Shown in pieces: positions 24,191 through 36,585 of a stretch of DNA of 64,000 bases. The notes under the pieces are model-generated. The model searched no databases. It had not been told where the DNA came from and saw only the letters and a program-made list of their open reading frames with translations. A program made the position numbers and the translations under genes. The DNA lies in the NCBI RefSeq assembly GCF_009914755.1, contig NC_060931.1; one strand, given 5' to 3'. The first letter of the stretch is position 1. The number at the start of each line of letters is the position of its first letter. Source of the stretch: the human T2T-CHM13v2.0 reference genome, Homo sapiens.

Positions 24191-25039
24191 ATTGACCTTA
24201 GGCTACCCACCCCCAGCCCCCACCAGGCCGATGGGGTCCTTGGGGAGTCCCACAGCACCCTCTATCGCCGCACCTCTCCCCTCACAGCAGTATCACCGGT
24301 GAGCTCCTCTGTCCCCTGGATTAGGAGAGGAACCCCCCGGAACGCAACGCTGCTGGAAATGGGCTCCTGCTTTTGTTTCTCTGTCCCATCAGGATCTGCC
24401 TAAGCTCCCTCGTGGAGTGGGTACCCTATAAGCCACTGTGTGGTGTGGACGCACGAGGGGCATGAAGCAGGGGCAGTGAGTGAGTGTCCCTGAGTTTTCT
24501 AAGACAAAGCAGCAGCGGCAGATGATGGGACCTCCATGGGGAAGGCCGCGATGCCGAGGAAGGAGGGAGAGGTGAGCTCTCTGGCACCAGGACCCAAGGC
24601 CTTCTAGTCCACGTTAGGCCGCAGCCCCCACTGCACGTTAGCCTGCCCCTGGGCAGAAACACCCTGGGGTGCACAGTGTATGGGGAGCTCATGCTCCTGG
24701 GAGGGTGGCAGGGGAAGAGGAAGGCGCTGGAGCAGGCAGAGATGGAAGCAAGGAGATGTAACGAGCAAAGTTTTCCATCAAGGAGCTTAAAAAGGAGGGG
24801 TTAGGAAAAGCGGGTATGAGGTTGTTCACCTCAAACTCATTCATTCTGGGCTGACCCTGTGGCCACTCCACGGCTGGCATCGCTGCAGCACTGGGGCTGA
24901 AACTGGGGAGGCTCCAACCAACTCCCCTCAGGGAACGTTGCTTCCAATGAGAGAAAGTTGACCAGAAATAGCAGCAAAGACAAAATCTGAATGTGGATAT
25001 TTTCTTTCCCACTGGTGCTGGCAAGAGACTTACTCCAGC

Positions 25040-25480
25040 TGAGTGGCATGGGCCAGCGGGTGTGGCCAGGGAAGGCCTCTTTGAGGAAGTGACATTTGAG
25101 CAAGACGTGGGGGAAAGGAGTGGCCCTTCCAGGCCGAGGGAAGGGCAGGGAGGAGATGGAGAGGCGGCCTTGGGTGGGGTGTGGGAAACTCAGTTGGGAA
25201 GGACGTCGGTTCTGACTCCCAGAATTAGGGTAGGCCGGGAGGTTTGTGAGTGGGACCTGTCGCGCTGGGGGATGCTGTGAAGCTGACGCGCTCTGTGGAA
25301 GAGAGATGCAGGGCACGAAGGGGGAGCAGGGACCTGGGTGGAGGGCCACAGTCAGTCCAGGACAAGAGGCTGGCCACCAGAAGGTGGGTGAGGGAGGCCA
25401 TGAGGGTTTAAAGTATTGTCCCTCAGAACTAACTGCTGGGTTAGGCATGCTGGGGTCAGGGAGGGAGGATAAAAAATGGG
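25040..25480 (-). mobile_element. L2 fragment
   Basis: gtggccagggaaggcctctttgaggaagtgacatttgagc...ttccaggccgaggga. Confidence 0.6.
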
Positions 25481-25638
25481 TTCTGGGGTGAAACACCACG
25501 GGAAGGCCCAATGTGTGAAATCCCAGCACTGCACAGGAGGCTGGAGGGACAACATCATCAAGACTTTTCTGGCAAAAGATGGACTTCAGCTGAGGGCACA
25601 CACACACTTTGGTACAGAATAGTACCTCTCAACTAACC

Positions 25639-25673
25639 GAGACCCTGTCTCCAAAAAAAAAAAAAAAAAAAAA
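25639..25673 (+). mobile_element. Extremely truncated Alu 3' tip plus A21 tail
   Basis: gagaccctgtctc (AluJ/FLAM-type 3' end) followed by 21 A. Confidence 0.6.
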
Positions 25674-25859
25674 GGTGCCTCCTCCTTCTTGGTTCATGCA
25701 GTCAGCCCCCACAGCCCAGGCTGTCCTAATTTGCCCTCCCTCCCACCACAGGCTGTCCTTTCCGTGGCACTGGGGCTCTTGGTCTGAGTCATCTGATACA
25801 AGAAGCCCTTTGCTTTTCCATGTTGTCGTCTGCCATTCTTCACCTTGTCCCTATTGTGC

Positions 25860-26032
25860 CCTTCCTTCCTTCCTTCCTTTCTTTTTCTTTCTTTCTTTTT
25901 CTTTCTTTCTTTCTTTCTTTTTCTTTCTTTCCTTCTTTCTTTCTCTTCCTTTCTTTTCTTTCATTCTCTTTCTTTCTTTCTCTCCTTCCTTCCTTCCTTT
26001 CTTTTCTTTCTTTCTTTCTTCCTTTCTTTCTT

Positions 26033-26073
<41 letters not shown>

Positions 26074-26086
26074 CTTTCTTTCTTTC
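25860..26086. repeat. Pyrimidine-rich (TTTC)n/(CCTT)n/(CT)n tract
   Basis: ~225 bp of almost pure C/T. Confidence 0.95.
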
Positions 26087-26204
26087 GTAGAGGCAGGGTT
26101 TCACCATGTTGGTCAGGCTGGTCTCAAACTCATGACCTCAGGTGATCCACCCGCTTCTGCCTCCCAAAGTGCTGGGATTACAGGTATGAGTCGCCGTACC
26201 CAGC
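26087..26204 (-). mobile_element. AluS left monomer only
   Basis: gtagaggcagggtttcaccatgttggtcaggctgg...gctgggattacagg; right arm absent. Confidence 0.9.
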
Positions 26205-27679
26205 AAGCTTTTCTTTCTTTGTGCACTTAGCACTAATTAAAGTCAGGCCATCGCCATCTTTATTAACTGAGAAGGGCACCCCTGTGTCCTGAGTCCTGTC
26301 CAACAACAGTGGATAGAACAAGTCCACAGCCGAAACAGGTAGACCATCTTTTTTGATCGAAATAGTTTTCTTTTCTCTCTTCAAGGAGAAAAACACAGCA
26401 TGAAAGAAAGCATTTCTGTATTCTGTTCAGAGATTCCAGGCTTCAGCCACAGCTGTGCAGCCATCACTGAGATGCCCTCTGCAATAAGGAACTTTCATGA
26501 CCTGACTTATTCCACATTTCTCTCAAGAAAGTGTCCTCTAAAAGTATTGGTATCTATTTTTCAGGAACAAAATATTTTCAAACATTTTAACAGAATCTTA
26601 GAAAGGCTTCAAGACAAAAATGTAAGGTGGCTTCAAATACGTAACGCCAGGTCTTTATTTTGGTCATGACACCTCGTTTGAAAAAAAGTAATTTATAGGT
26701 ATATATTATCCCTAATTTGATCATTATAACATAATAAATAATAGAATAAGAGGCAGGTATTATACAGATGAGGAATCTTGTCTAAGAACACAGGGCATAC
26801 ACGTGGTAGATGTGGGTCTAGAGCTGGGGTTGTTTCCAGTCTGATATAGTCAACAGTCAGTGTGGAATCCCAGAACCTGCGTGGGAGACCCAGAGGGGAG
26901 TGTTCATAATCGTAAATGCCTGCCTGCTAGAAAGACCTTTGGGGTTTTTCCTCAGAGAACAAAATATTTATTACACAGGGTTGACTGCTATAATTTAGCA
27001 TATTTTTCATTGAATTGGCAGGTCATGTAGGCAAGGTGGCCTTATGACTCACACAGAAGAAGTGCATACATCTTGTAAGTGTGTAAGACTTAGTTGTCAC
27101 TTTCATGTGCTCTTTGCCCAGGGTCACTACCACACACCATGTGCTCCAGCATGGTGGCAGGGGTTCACAGCTCCACACATCCTGCCTGTGGACCCCTCGG
27201 TGCCTGGCAGTCACTTCCATTGACTCCTGGCTCCCTCTCCCTACTGAGTCTGTTGGTTAGACATTTTCCTTCTGTGCTTCTCTAAGCAGAGCTCACACCT
27301 TTCCACTTTGTCTTCTACACACACTGACTGTAGGCTGAGCCTTTTGAAAGACGGGAGGCAGGAGGGACTGAGGACACACACAGCCCAACCCCATCCTTTC
27401 TGATGGAGATAGAAGACCTGGAAAGTGATGTGAGTCGCTGCCAGGGCTCATTCATGCCATTCTCTTATTAATGACTCTCTGCAAAAATAATTACCAGAGT
27501 CACACTTTGTATTGAAGTACAAATAAAATGATTCCCTAGAGGATGGAAACGATTGGTCTGGAGACCTTGTCTCATAGGATGTGTCTCCATACACCACCCT
27601 GCATTACAAGGGCTGTGCCAGAGACAGCATCCACAGCTCACACTTAAAGGGCTGTCACAGTTCCCATAAGTGACCCTAA

Positions 27680-27830
27680 TTCATTTTCACAGTAGTCTTT
27701 TGAAATAAATGCTATCAGGATCACAATTTTCCAGAAATAGAAACTAACACTCAGAGAAGTGAATTATCTGCCCAAGTCACACAGAACATGATGGACCTGG
27801 CAGTTGGGCCTCTGTGTCTCCAGAGCATGT
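27680..27830 (-). mobile_element. MIR
   Basis: gaaactaacactcagagaagtgaattatctgcccaagtcacacag. Confidence 0.7.
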
Positions 27831-28870
27831 ATTCCTAACAATGGTCCATTCTGCTGATCAAAGTGAAACATTCTCTGCCCACTAGGAGTTGTGCTTGACC
27901 ACTCAGTGACTTGTCAGAATTAGACAGAATTTGAAGGAGGTGGGAGGATGGTTGCCTTTCATTGAATTCTCCCATGAGTGAGTGGTTTCATGACCTGAGA
28001 GTTGAGTCAAATGGGAATGTGTGCAAACCGGCTGAGGAACTACGCAAATCTCTCCTTATCTGTGCGGGCATCACCTTTGCAATAACTGTGTCCCCAGCAT
28101 GAGCCAGAGAGGACACTCGAAGGCTTGACCAAGCAGCTTTGTGCAACAGCCTGCTGTATCCAGAAATCTCTTACCCAAGATCACCTTCAACCTCTCTCTT
28201 CTTGAACACTGGAAGACAGCGTGGCCAAGACGGGATGTGTGGTCTCTGCTCACCAGGGTGAGAGAAGCATATGAGCTAGAGACAGAACTTCTAACACTTT
28301 CTCTGCCACTCTCTAGGTGTGGACAATTCACTTTAGCCCTCTTTAAAATGCCAGAATAAATACCTGACTGTCCTTCATAAGCTGGTATCAAATAAGCTGA
28401 AGTTACTCAACAAAGGCAAAATGGTAGAATTTTATTTGTAATAATATTGTTGGGTTTGTTTATCTCCTTCCTTAGTCACAACTACAAAATCTTGTGCTTG
28501 GTTCTGAAGACTTTTTCAACACATCAAAGCATGTCTGGTATGGAGAGGTGAGATCTGTACACAATCATAAGAACAGTTTTGATGCATGTGGCAGCTTCTG
28601 AGATAGAAGGGACAAATGCCAAGGGATCCACAAGTGGCCAGAGAAGCTGTCTGCAGGCCAGGTTGTGTGTGCCATTCCCTTTCCTGCCCTCCAGTTGGCA
28701 GGAGGTCTTCACTCCAGGACAGACTCAGCTGAATTCAGCCAAATTTAAGGGCAGACCTGCAGTCAGCAAAGTTGGTTCCATATGTTTACCTGCCAGACAG
28801 CCCCTTCCACAGACAGAACTTGGTGCAACCAGGAGTCACCTGCAGTGCAGCAGGAAAGAGGGATGGCCTC

Positions 28871-29410
28871 AGGAGGCAGGCACTGGCACACTGGCGTCAG
28901 GAGGAGGTGTCTGCATGCTGGCCTTGGGAGGAGGTGCCCACACACTGGCATCAGGAGGAGGTGTCCACACAGTGGCATCAGGAGGAGGCATCCACACGCT
29001 GGCATCGGGAGGCAGGTATCCACACACTGGCATCGGGAGGTGTCCACACATTGGCATCAGGAGGAGGTGTCCATACGCTGGTATTGGGAGGCAGGTGTCA
29101 GCACTCTGGCATCAGGAGGAGGTACCCTCACACTGGCATCGGGAGGAGGTACCTACATGCTTGAATAGGGAGGAGGTGCTCACACGCTGGCATCGGGAGG
29201 CAGGTGTCCACACGCTGGTATCGGGAGGCAGGTGTCAGCATGCTGGCATTGGGAAGAGGCACCCTCACACTGGCATCGGGAGGAGGTGTCCATATGTTGG
29301 CATCAGGAGGAGGTGTCCACACGCTGGTATCGGGAAGCAGGTGTCCCCACGCTGGTATCGGGAAGCAGGTGTCCCCACGCTGGCATTGGGAGACAGGTGT
29401 CAGCACGTGT
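28871..29410 (+). repeat. GC-rich minisatellite, ~20 units of 27/28 bp (consensus RGGAGG(C)AGGTGTCCACACGCTGGCATC)
   Basis: Units counted by eye; mixed 27- and 28-bp units plus one 24-bp unit. Confidence 0.97.
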
Positions 29411-29884
29411 GCTCTGGGCTCTGCTGACTGCGAATGCTTCTAGCACCCCCAGTGGGGGAAGGGTCACTTCCCAGGCTTAGGGAAGCTGAGACCCGGGCCA
29501 GTGAGGCAACTTGCTGTCACCAAGGTAGAATCCTATGGCCCCTGCAGAACCTGCCTGCCCTATACCCTCCCAGTCCCCTTTTCTTTCCCTTTTTCTTCTC
29601 TCCTCCTACCCAGGCCTGCCCGTGTGCCATCCTGCCACAGGTCCTGTGTGGATAACAATACCCTGTAGGCTGAAGCTCATGTTAGAGGTGGCAGAGCACT
29701 TTCATCTTAGTCCTGCTTACAGTACACCAGGGGATGTTGGCAGACAATCCGAAGACCACCGAGGGGTGCACTCAGGAGCTGACACTCACTTCCCAGAACC
29801 TGTTGGGAAGAGGACTGCCAACCCTGAGCACATGGTCAGCCCTGTGAGGGCCACTATTTCTATTGTACAGGGCTCTTGTGAGAT

Positions 29885-30110
29885 GTGCTGAGATGAAAAG
29901 ATGAAAGAGAAATGGCCCCGGTCTGTGAGGTTACCATATATTCAGTGAAGAGCAACAGATGCATAAAGAGATGGTGCCAATAAAATGAGGAAGTATATGA
30001 CAGAGTACCCAGCAGGGGACAGAGTGGGGCTGGCCCTGAGCAGCCCATGAGACAAGGCTGGAGCTGAGGCTTAAGGCAGAGCCCAGCCGGGAGGGTGGGT
30101 AGGGCAGATG
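29885..30110 (-). mobile_element. L2 fragment
   Basis: gtgctgagatgaaaagatgaa...gagctgaggcttaagg. Confidence 0.5.
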
Positions 30111-30197
30111 GGAGCCCTGCATACTGCAGAGGGGAGCGGATGGCCTGACCCAAGGCACAGGAACAAGAACTAAGAGCAAGCAACAGGAAGATGCTGG

Positions 30198-30280
30198 AGA
30201 AAGAGTGGGAGGCAGGCCAGGGCAGGGGATGGGGCAGCTGCTACAGAAAGAGTGGGAGGCAGGCCAGGACAGGGGATGGG
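30198..30280 (+). repeat. 47-bp-period tandem duplication, G-rich
   Basis: agaaagagtgggaggcaggccagg(g/a)caggggatggg at 30198 and 30245 (35/36 identical). Confidence 0.9.
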
Positions 30281-31174
30281 CCAGGAGATGGGGCAGGCGG
30301 GCAGGTGGGCACGTGGGGCACACATCCTTCCAATACTTCTGCTCTCACACTGTGTGTTTTCTCTATCCACAGAGAACATATGTGGCATAGGTAGGAAGGA
30401 GAGCGAGAGGGACCCTGTCCGTGGTCATGGGACAGACATAAGCCACAGTACTTGGCCTGGGCAGAGGCTCCAGCCAGGTTGAGGCAGCAGTGTGATGTGG
30501 GTTGGGGGAAGGGCAGGGCAGGAGCAGGGTGTACATGGCAGGGGGACCTCGGGCATCAGCCTGGGCAGTGGGGAGCAGTGGGGACGTGTGCTGGGCACCC
30601 TGCTCCCCTTGGTTCCAGGCCAGCACTTATCTCTCAATCAAGCGTGCATGAGGCCAGGATACATATCTTTTGGGGCCTCCAGAGAGTTGGAAACCACATC
30701 CGTACCTTGGCTTCTACACGAGAGGAACTGCCCAGGGTTGGAGAGCGCCTGGTCTTCACCAGCTGGCTCCGTTTCCTCCCAACAAGGTCTGCTCCAGGCA
30801 GTGGGACGGGTTTTCACCTCTCTGGCTGGAGAGTACAGGCCCTTCTGCTATTCTGGGTCTTTCCACATGTGCACATTTTTGTGCCTCCTCACTCCCCACT
30901 CCTCTTCATTTCAGTCTCAACAAATTTAGCACAACCCACCACCACACACCACGGCAATTGCACCTTCCCTGTCCTCTTTGTCTACACTGTGTCCCTCACA
31001 CAAACCAGGCCTTGGTGCTGACCCCAGGGCAGTGGGAGGGGCTGAGCTCCTCTCCTGGCCACTCAGGGACATGCTGCACCTTGTGTCCTCTACCGTGCTC
31101 TCTTCCCTCCTCCTACAACCCATCCATGGATCTCCTCACAAAAGCTGACTTCCGTTTCCCAGAAAGGACCTGAA

Positions 31175-31365
31175 AGAGTGTAGGTTTGAAGCACAACCTG
31201 GGATCCCAGCCGTCTTGGGCAAAATCTCAGCAGATCACCTCCTCCTATGTGCCTCAGTTTTCCCATCTGTAAAGCAGAGGGTAGCACCAGGTTTAGTACA
31301 TAAAATGATGAAATTATCACATTGCCTGGCCCATCGCTGCCACTAAATAAAGACAAGCTACTTTA
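31175..31365 (+). mobile_element. MIR
   Basis: tgtgcctcagttttcccatctgtaaagcag core. Confidence 0.75.
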
Positions 31366-34300
31366 ATTAACTCATCAGCATGAAGGGAAGAAGCTGTTGG
31401 TCTCCTGGCCTCTGCAGGAAACTGAGGCCAGGCCAAGTATTCATTGTCAAATCCAGTGAGGCCTGATAAGCCCCTGGGAAGGGAGATTGCATCGGGCTGG
31501 ACAAGGAAGATGAGGAAGTTGGACATGAAGCACAGACTGGTAGGTGCTCAGCTACTGAAATTGAGTTGAAAAGAGAAAGTTCTTGTTTCTGGAAGGAGCA
31601 TTTTCTTAAGGGGCTGAGGCACTTGACTGTTTTTTCAGGGAGCCTCAGGCACTGCCTCTCTCTGGAAGGAAGCTCTCTCTGGTCAACCAGCTGCCCCCAG
31701 GTGCCTGGGTAGGAGCAGCTGCTGCTACACTCTGTGGAGTCCCCATACCCTTCTTAGCACAAAGGGGAGCCTCAGAGATGGGGTGATGTGGCTGAGAACT
31801 CTGACAGAACTGCTCCCATACCAGACCTGGAGGCACCAGGGATTTATCCAGACCTCATTCATCCACCTCCTTGGTGAGAAGCTGGGGACACGAGTGCCCC
31901 CAGAGCAGTGTGGTGGTGCTTTCCAGAGAGCACAGGGACTCTGCTCACAGCAAGCCCTGGACACGTGAATCCCATTGACTGTGGCATGATGCTTTCCAGG
32001 AGAGATTCATCTTTCAGCAAAGATTGAGGTGGAGACAAGTGCGGCGTGTGCCTGAGTTCTGCTGCGCTCTTCTGAGCTGGTCTCTCTCCCCGATATCTTT
32101 TTCCCTTGAGGCCTGTCCTTTTCTGAATATTAGCAGTCATTAAACTCGCCTTATCTTTGCCAGTTTTTCCATCTGTCCCTCTGAGATAATCTATAAATGA
32201 CCTAGCACAGAGTCGGGCATTGACAAGAATTCAATCAGTGCCGGTTCTATGAGCTCCTTGGTCCCTCCAGACCTTGCAGTCCTCAGACACTGTTGCTTAC
32301 AGTTTTGGACCCTGGCACTTCCTGGGGCCTAAGTAACAACAGTTGTAATAAAGAGATGCAGAGACGCACCATTTAATCTCTAAAACTTCAGCCAAGTTCT
32401 GTGTGACCAAAACTAGGTAATTCACCCCATCAGAATTAGAACTGCAATAGATCTATGTCCTCTCACCACTCAGAGTCATGGCATCAAACAGGATCAAGGA
32501 CCCATAACATCCCCGCCTAGGTCCCCATGCTGGAGCTGCTGAGGGAAAGGCCCAGGGAGCCCTCAGAGAGGACGCCTGTCACTGGAGGTGGGCTCACCAC
32601 ACCCCCAAGCTTGCTCTGCACTGGCTGGCATGCTCCCTGCAGTCCCAGGATTGGAGCATGTCTGCAGAGGGCTGGAGAGGAAAGGCACCAGGTCGCACAG
32701 GGCTTTAGAGCTCTGCTTCAAACTTAGACTTGAGCCTGTTGGCCCCGGGGAACCTTGGCAGGGTTAAAACAGGAAAGGAAAAAGTTACCTTTGTAAAGTT
32801 CAGTAGAGCCAATGGCAGAGCCTGGATTAGAGAATACGGAATTGGGAGGCCAGGAGACCAGTTGGGGACAGTTCAGAAATTCCCGTGAAAAGGCAGCACT
32901 GCACAGTGGGCCAGAAAGGAGAGTTGGGAAATTGGCTTTCAATACACAGAAGAGATGGGCTGCCTCCCAGACTCCCCATTCACATGCCTTGTTATTCCCC
33001 ATGGCTGCTATCAGGGACCATGAACTTCAACACTCATGTTCCAGGGGGAGCTTGGGTTATTTTGAAGCAAGAATGCAGTTTGTAAAAGAAGACCTTTCAC
33101 CTCCCTGATACGCACATCCCCAACACTGGCCCACTGGAGACTCACACTGGACAGAGGGAGCATCATGGCCATTAATGCAGGGAAGGCTTCTTCCTCGAAT
33201 CTCGCCTGAGGGGTGCACTTGACCCTGGAGTGAGGACGGAGCCTGCAAAGGCAGGGCTGCGTGAGCATGCGGCTAAGTCCCCCATTCCCTCCTCTAGGAC
33301 CCTGTGCCTGTCATTGGAGTGGAGAGGACAGAAACATAGGGTTGGTAAGTACTTGGATTGGGTGAGGCTGCCTTGGGTGTAGGGGAAGGACACAGATCCC
33401 TAGATGTAGTGACACCTATTGACATGTCTGCAAAGCCCATTTACAACTCTGTGCAGGTTCCTGGAGTCTCAGGAACAGCCTCTCATTGTCCAATTTTCGA
33501 CCAGGTGTGCCTGCCAGCCCCCACCTGCAATCGCAGGTGAGCATCAGAGACCAGCACCTTCAAACTCGGCATCCCTGTGGAGTTGAGATGGAAAGAGTCC
33601 TGGGTGGGTGGATTTATGGAATATTCTACTATAAGCAGTGAGGAACAAAGAACACTGGTCTGTAGAGGAAGAGTCAGACACCAACAGAAATGTGTGTGTG
33701 TGAGACAGAGGTAGTGCAAAAAAGCTGAAAGCTTCCTGTGGGTTCAGAGAGAGACCTGTGCCTTCCCATAATAAACATTGCTGTTTTACATAAGATCCCT
33801 GGAGGTGACTCTGATTGGCCCCAGAGTGCCTTAACTAGTGCATCTGGGCAGCTCAGGAGGTTGCCCTACCCTGATCCAGAGCAGGGTGCTCTGTACCCCT
33901 CAAGGTGCCATAGGGAGAGTGTGGCAGCCAAGCACCCAGAAACCCTGGGTCCTTAGCCTGGCTCAGCCAGTTGATGTCCCCAGTGATGCTGGACGAGCCA
34001 TTTCCTCTGGGGCCCAAACGTTCCCTTTTCTGACATGAGGGCTGGATCTGGTGATACCTCAGCCCAACCCAGCACTGTGGTCTCCATGGCTGCCTGTCCT
34101 GAGGAGTCCGGGCCGGAGCTCCATGCCCTTGGGTTTTGTTGCTGACTGGGGGCTTCGCACCATCCATTTCTTTTATCATGCTTTGAGGATACCTTTGATT
34201 TTCTTGTGTGTATATTAGGTTAGAGTACAGCCATTTCCAAGCACAGGCAGCATGGTGGGCCATGGGTGCAAGATTCCAGAAGTCATCAGTCCCACAGACC

Positions 34301-35606
34301 CGACTGTGAAGGCCTCCCCAACCCCTAGGGGAACTGGGCACCTTGGTGGCCTCACATTACAACTGTCATGAGAGCAGAGGGTGGGTCGGGTAGGGCTGGG
34401 CTGTGGGGGTCTGTATGGCACTCCTTCTGGGACGGGGGTTGGGAGTCTTTGTCCCAGCTTGGCTCCTAACTTGTGGACTGTGTCTTGCTAGGCCAAGGAG
34501 CAGCCTGGACCTGTGATATGAGGAGGTGGTCTCTGGGTACTTGCTGGCATTATAATTCTATAATAACGATCACTGAGGATCAAGACCTTCTGTGAATAGA
34601 GTCATATATGGAAGGAGCCTGCATTACAACTGTCTACCTAATATACTGGGTGAATCATTCGGTGTGCCAAATCTCTTTTACAGACTTTACCTATGGCCTC
34701 TCCTGACATGCTGAGGCTGTGTACACCGACTGTTTAAAGCTCAAGTCCATTAAGACTTAAATGAAATGACTTCTCTCTGATTTCCACAAGACCTTAGAAC
34801 CAGCAGCATTTCAGAGGGCGGGGGAATTCACAAGTCAGCTTTCATCCCTTGAGGTTGTTTCCAATGTTAGAGGATATTGTGGGGATATTTTACTACCAGT
34901 TTATTGGTATTAGTCTCCAATAACAATAACCACAACTGGGCAAATCTCTTTTTTCATTTCACTGATTAATATTAGAGACAAAGTTTAAATGCCCGAGAGA
35001 AGAACCATCTGTGAAAATGAATTGGGAGGGCTGTGATGCAAACTCCCTTATCGAGGTTGCACTGTGTGCTTGGCATCGATTTCATTATCTCCCATTTCCT
35101 ACTTATAATGTAATGGTCAGCCTTTTCCTGTTACCCAAGGGTAGCAATTTCCACTTTAGAGAACATATTTCTTACATATCCTTTGGTAATCATGGACAAC
35201 TTAATGATTTCCCCTTGCTCTCTACACAAGAGCCTCCTGCTGTCTTTCAAGTAAAAAGCCAGGCTCTCCTTTGCAGGCAGGAAGCCTGTGGCCAAAGCCC
35301 TGCTCAGCAATCTGGGATTGCACATCTCACATGGCAACGGAAACTGAAGTGGTCTTTAAATGCCAAAGAGGAACCACTTCTCAGGTTGAAATCAGGCTAC
35401 CAGGCCTTTGGGAAAATGCAGGCCAGTAACCAATTTCTGAGGGACAGATCACCACAAGAGAGAAACGTGCTCCCCAAACAAATATAAACCTCATTTTATT
35501 TAGAAGTAAGGCTTCTTCATCCTCTCCAGCTAGCAGCCGTGCTGAGGTGGGGGAAAGGTACTGACTTACCTGCTCTCCCTGGCTGATGACATAAAGGTGA
35601 GCACCT

Positions 35607-35901
<295 letters not shown>

Positions 35902-36234
35902 TGAGCACCTTTCCACAGTGCCAGTAGAAGATGAGAGTCTAAGCCAGATATGCCCATAACTCCAAAGCTCAGGAAGATCCCAGGGGTTGGGAGCTGCAGT
36001 CCAGAGGAAGGGTGACTCCTGGTGGAAACAGGGGCTGCAACCACACCACAGGGCTACTTGGCCCCAGAGCAGACTGCATGCCTTAGAAAAGGCCCTGGGA
36101 ACAGCTGTATCTTGTCCTTCCAGGATCCTCCAGATAGAGAAGCCAGACGTTGGGTGGAGGAGGGACTCAGATGGGGCTTGAAGGGAAGGGCCTTGTGAGG
36201 GCTGTAGGTGGCACACACTGGCAGAGGCACTGAA

Positions 36235-36410
36235 CATACGTGACCTCCATCCTCACAAGAACCTGGCAACCAAGTGGCAACCCCATGCTCAGAAACAAAA
36301 CTGAGGCTCAGAGAAGTTGAAGAATTTGTCTAAGGTCATGAAGCTGATAATGGAGGAAAATGGGATTCCAACTCAGGAGAGTTAAGCTCCAAGCCCTTGA
36401 TTTTACCACT
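36235..36410 (-). mobile_element. MIR
   Basis: aaaactgaggctcagagaagttgaagaatttgtctaaggtca. Confidence 0.8.
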
Positions 36411-36414
36411 TGGG

Positions 36415-36585
36415 CCTTGTTACTCAAGGTCCAGGAACAAGTGGCACCTGTGCCACCTGGAAACTTGGTAGAAATCAGATCCTCGTGCCCCACTTCAGAT
36501 GTACAGAATCAGAATGTGCATTTTCTCAAGAGTCCCAGGTTTAAGCATGTGTTCTGCCTTCCTGGGGAGGGTCCTTGAGCACTTT
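36415..36585. mobile_element. MER5A-like hAT-Charlie MITE
   Basis: ttactcaag...cacctggaaacttggtagaaat...gccccac...gaatcagaatgtgcatttt...cccagg. Confidence 0.7.

Noticed and set aside
24837-25607. 256-aa Pro/Ser-rich minus-strand ORF
   Set aside because: Non-ATG start, overlaps a decayed L2 in GC-rich DNA, and has no recognisable domain.
28871-29410. Regularly spaced repeats resembling a CRISPR array
   Set aside because: Contiguous tandem units with no unique spacers, no cas genes, and a primate context.
30452-31173. Overlapping 145-189-aa ORFs; also the 158-aa ORF at 35011-35487
   Set aside because: No known-protein similarity that I can recognise; ORFs open in several frames are expected in GC-rich DNA.
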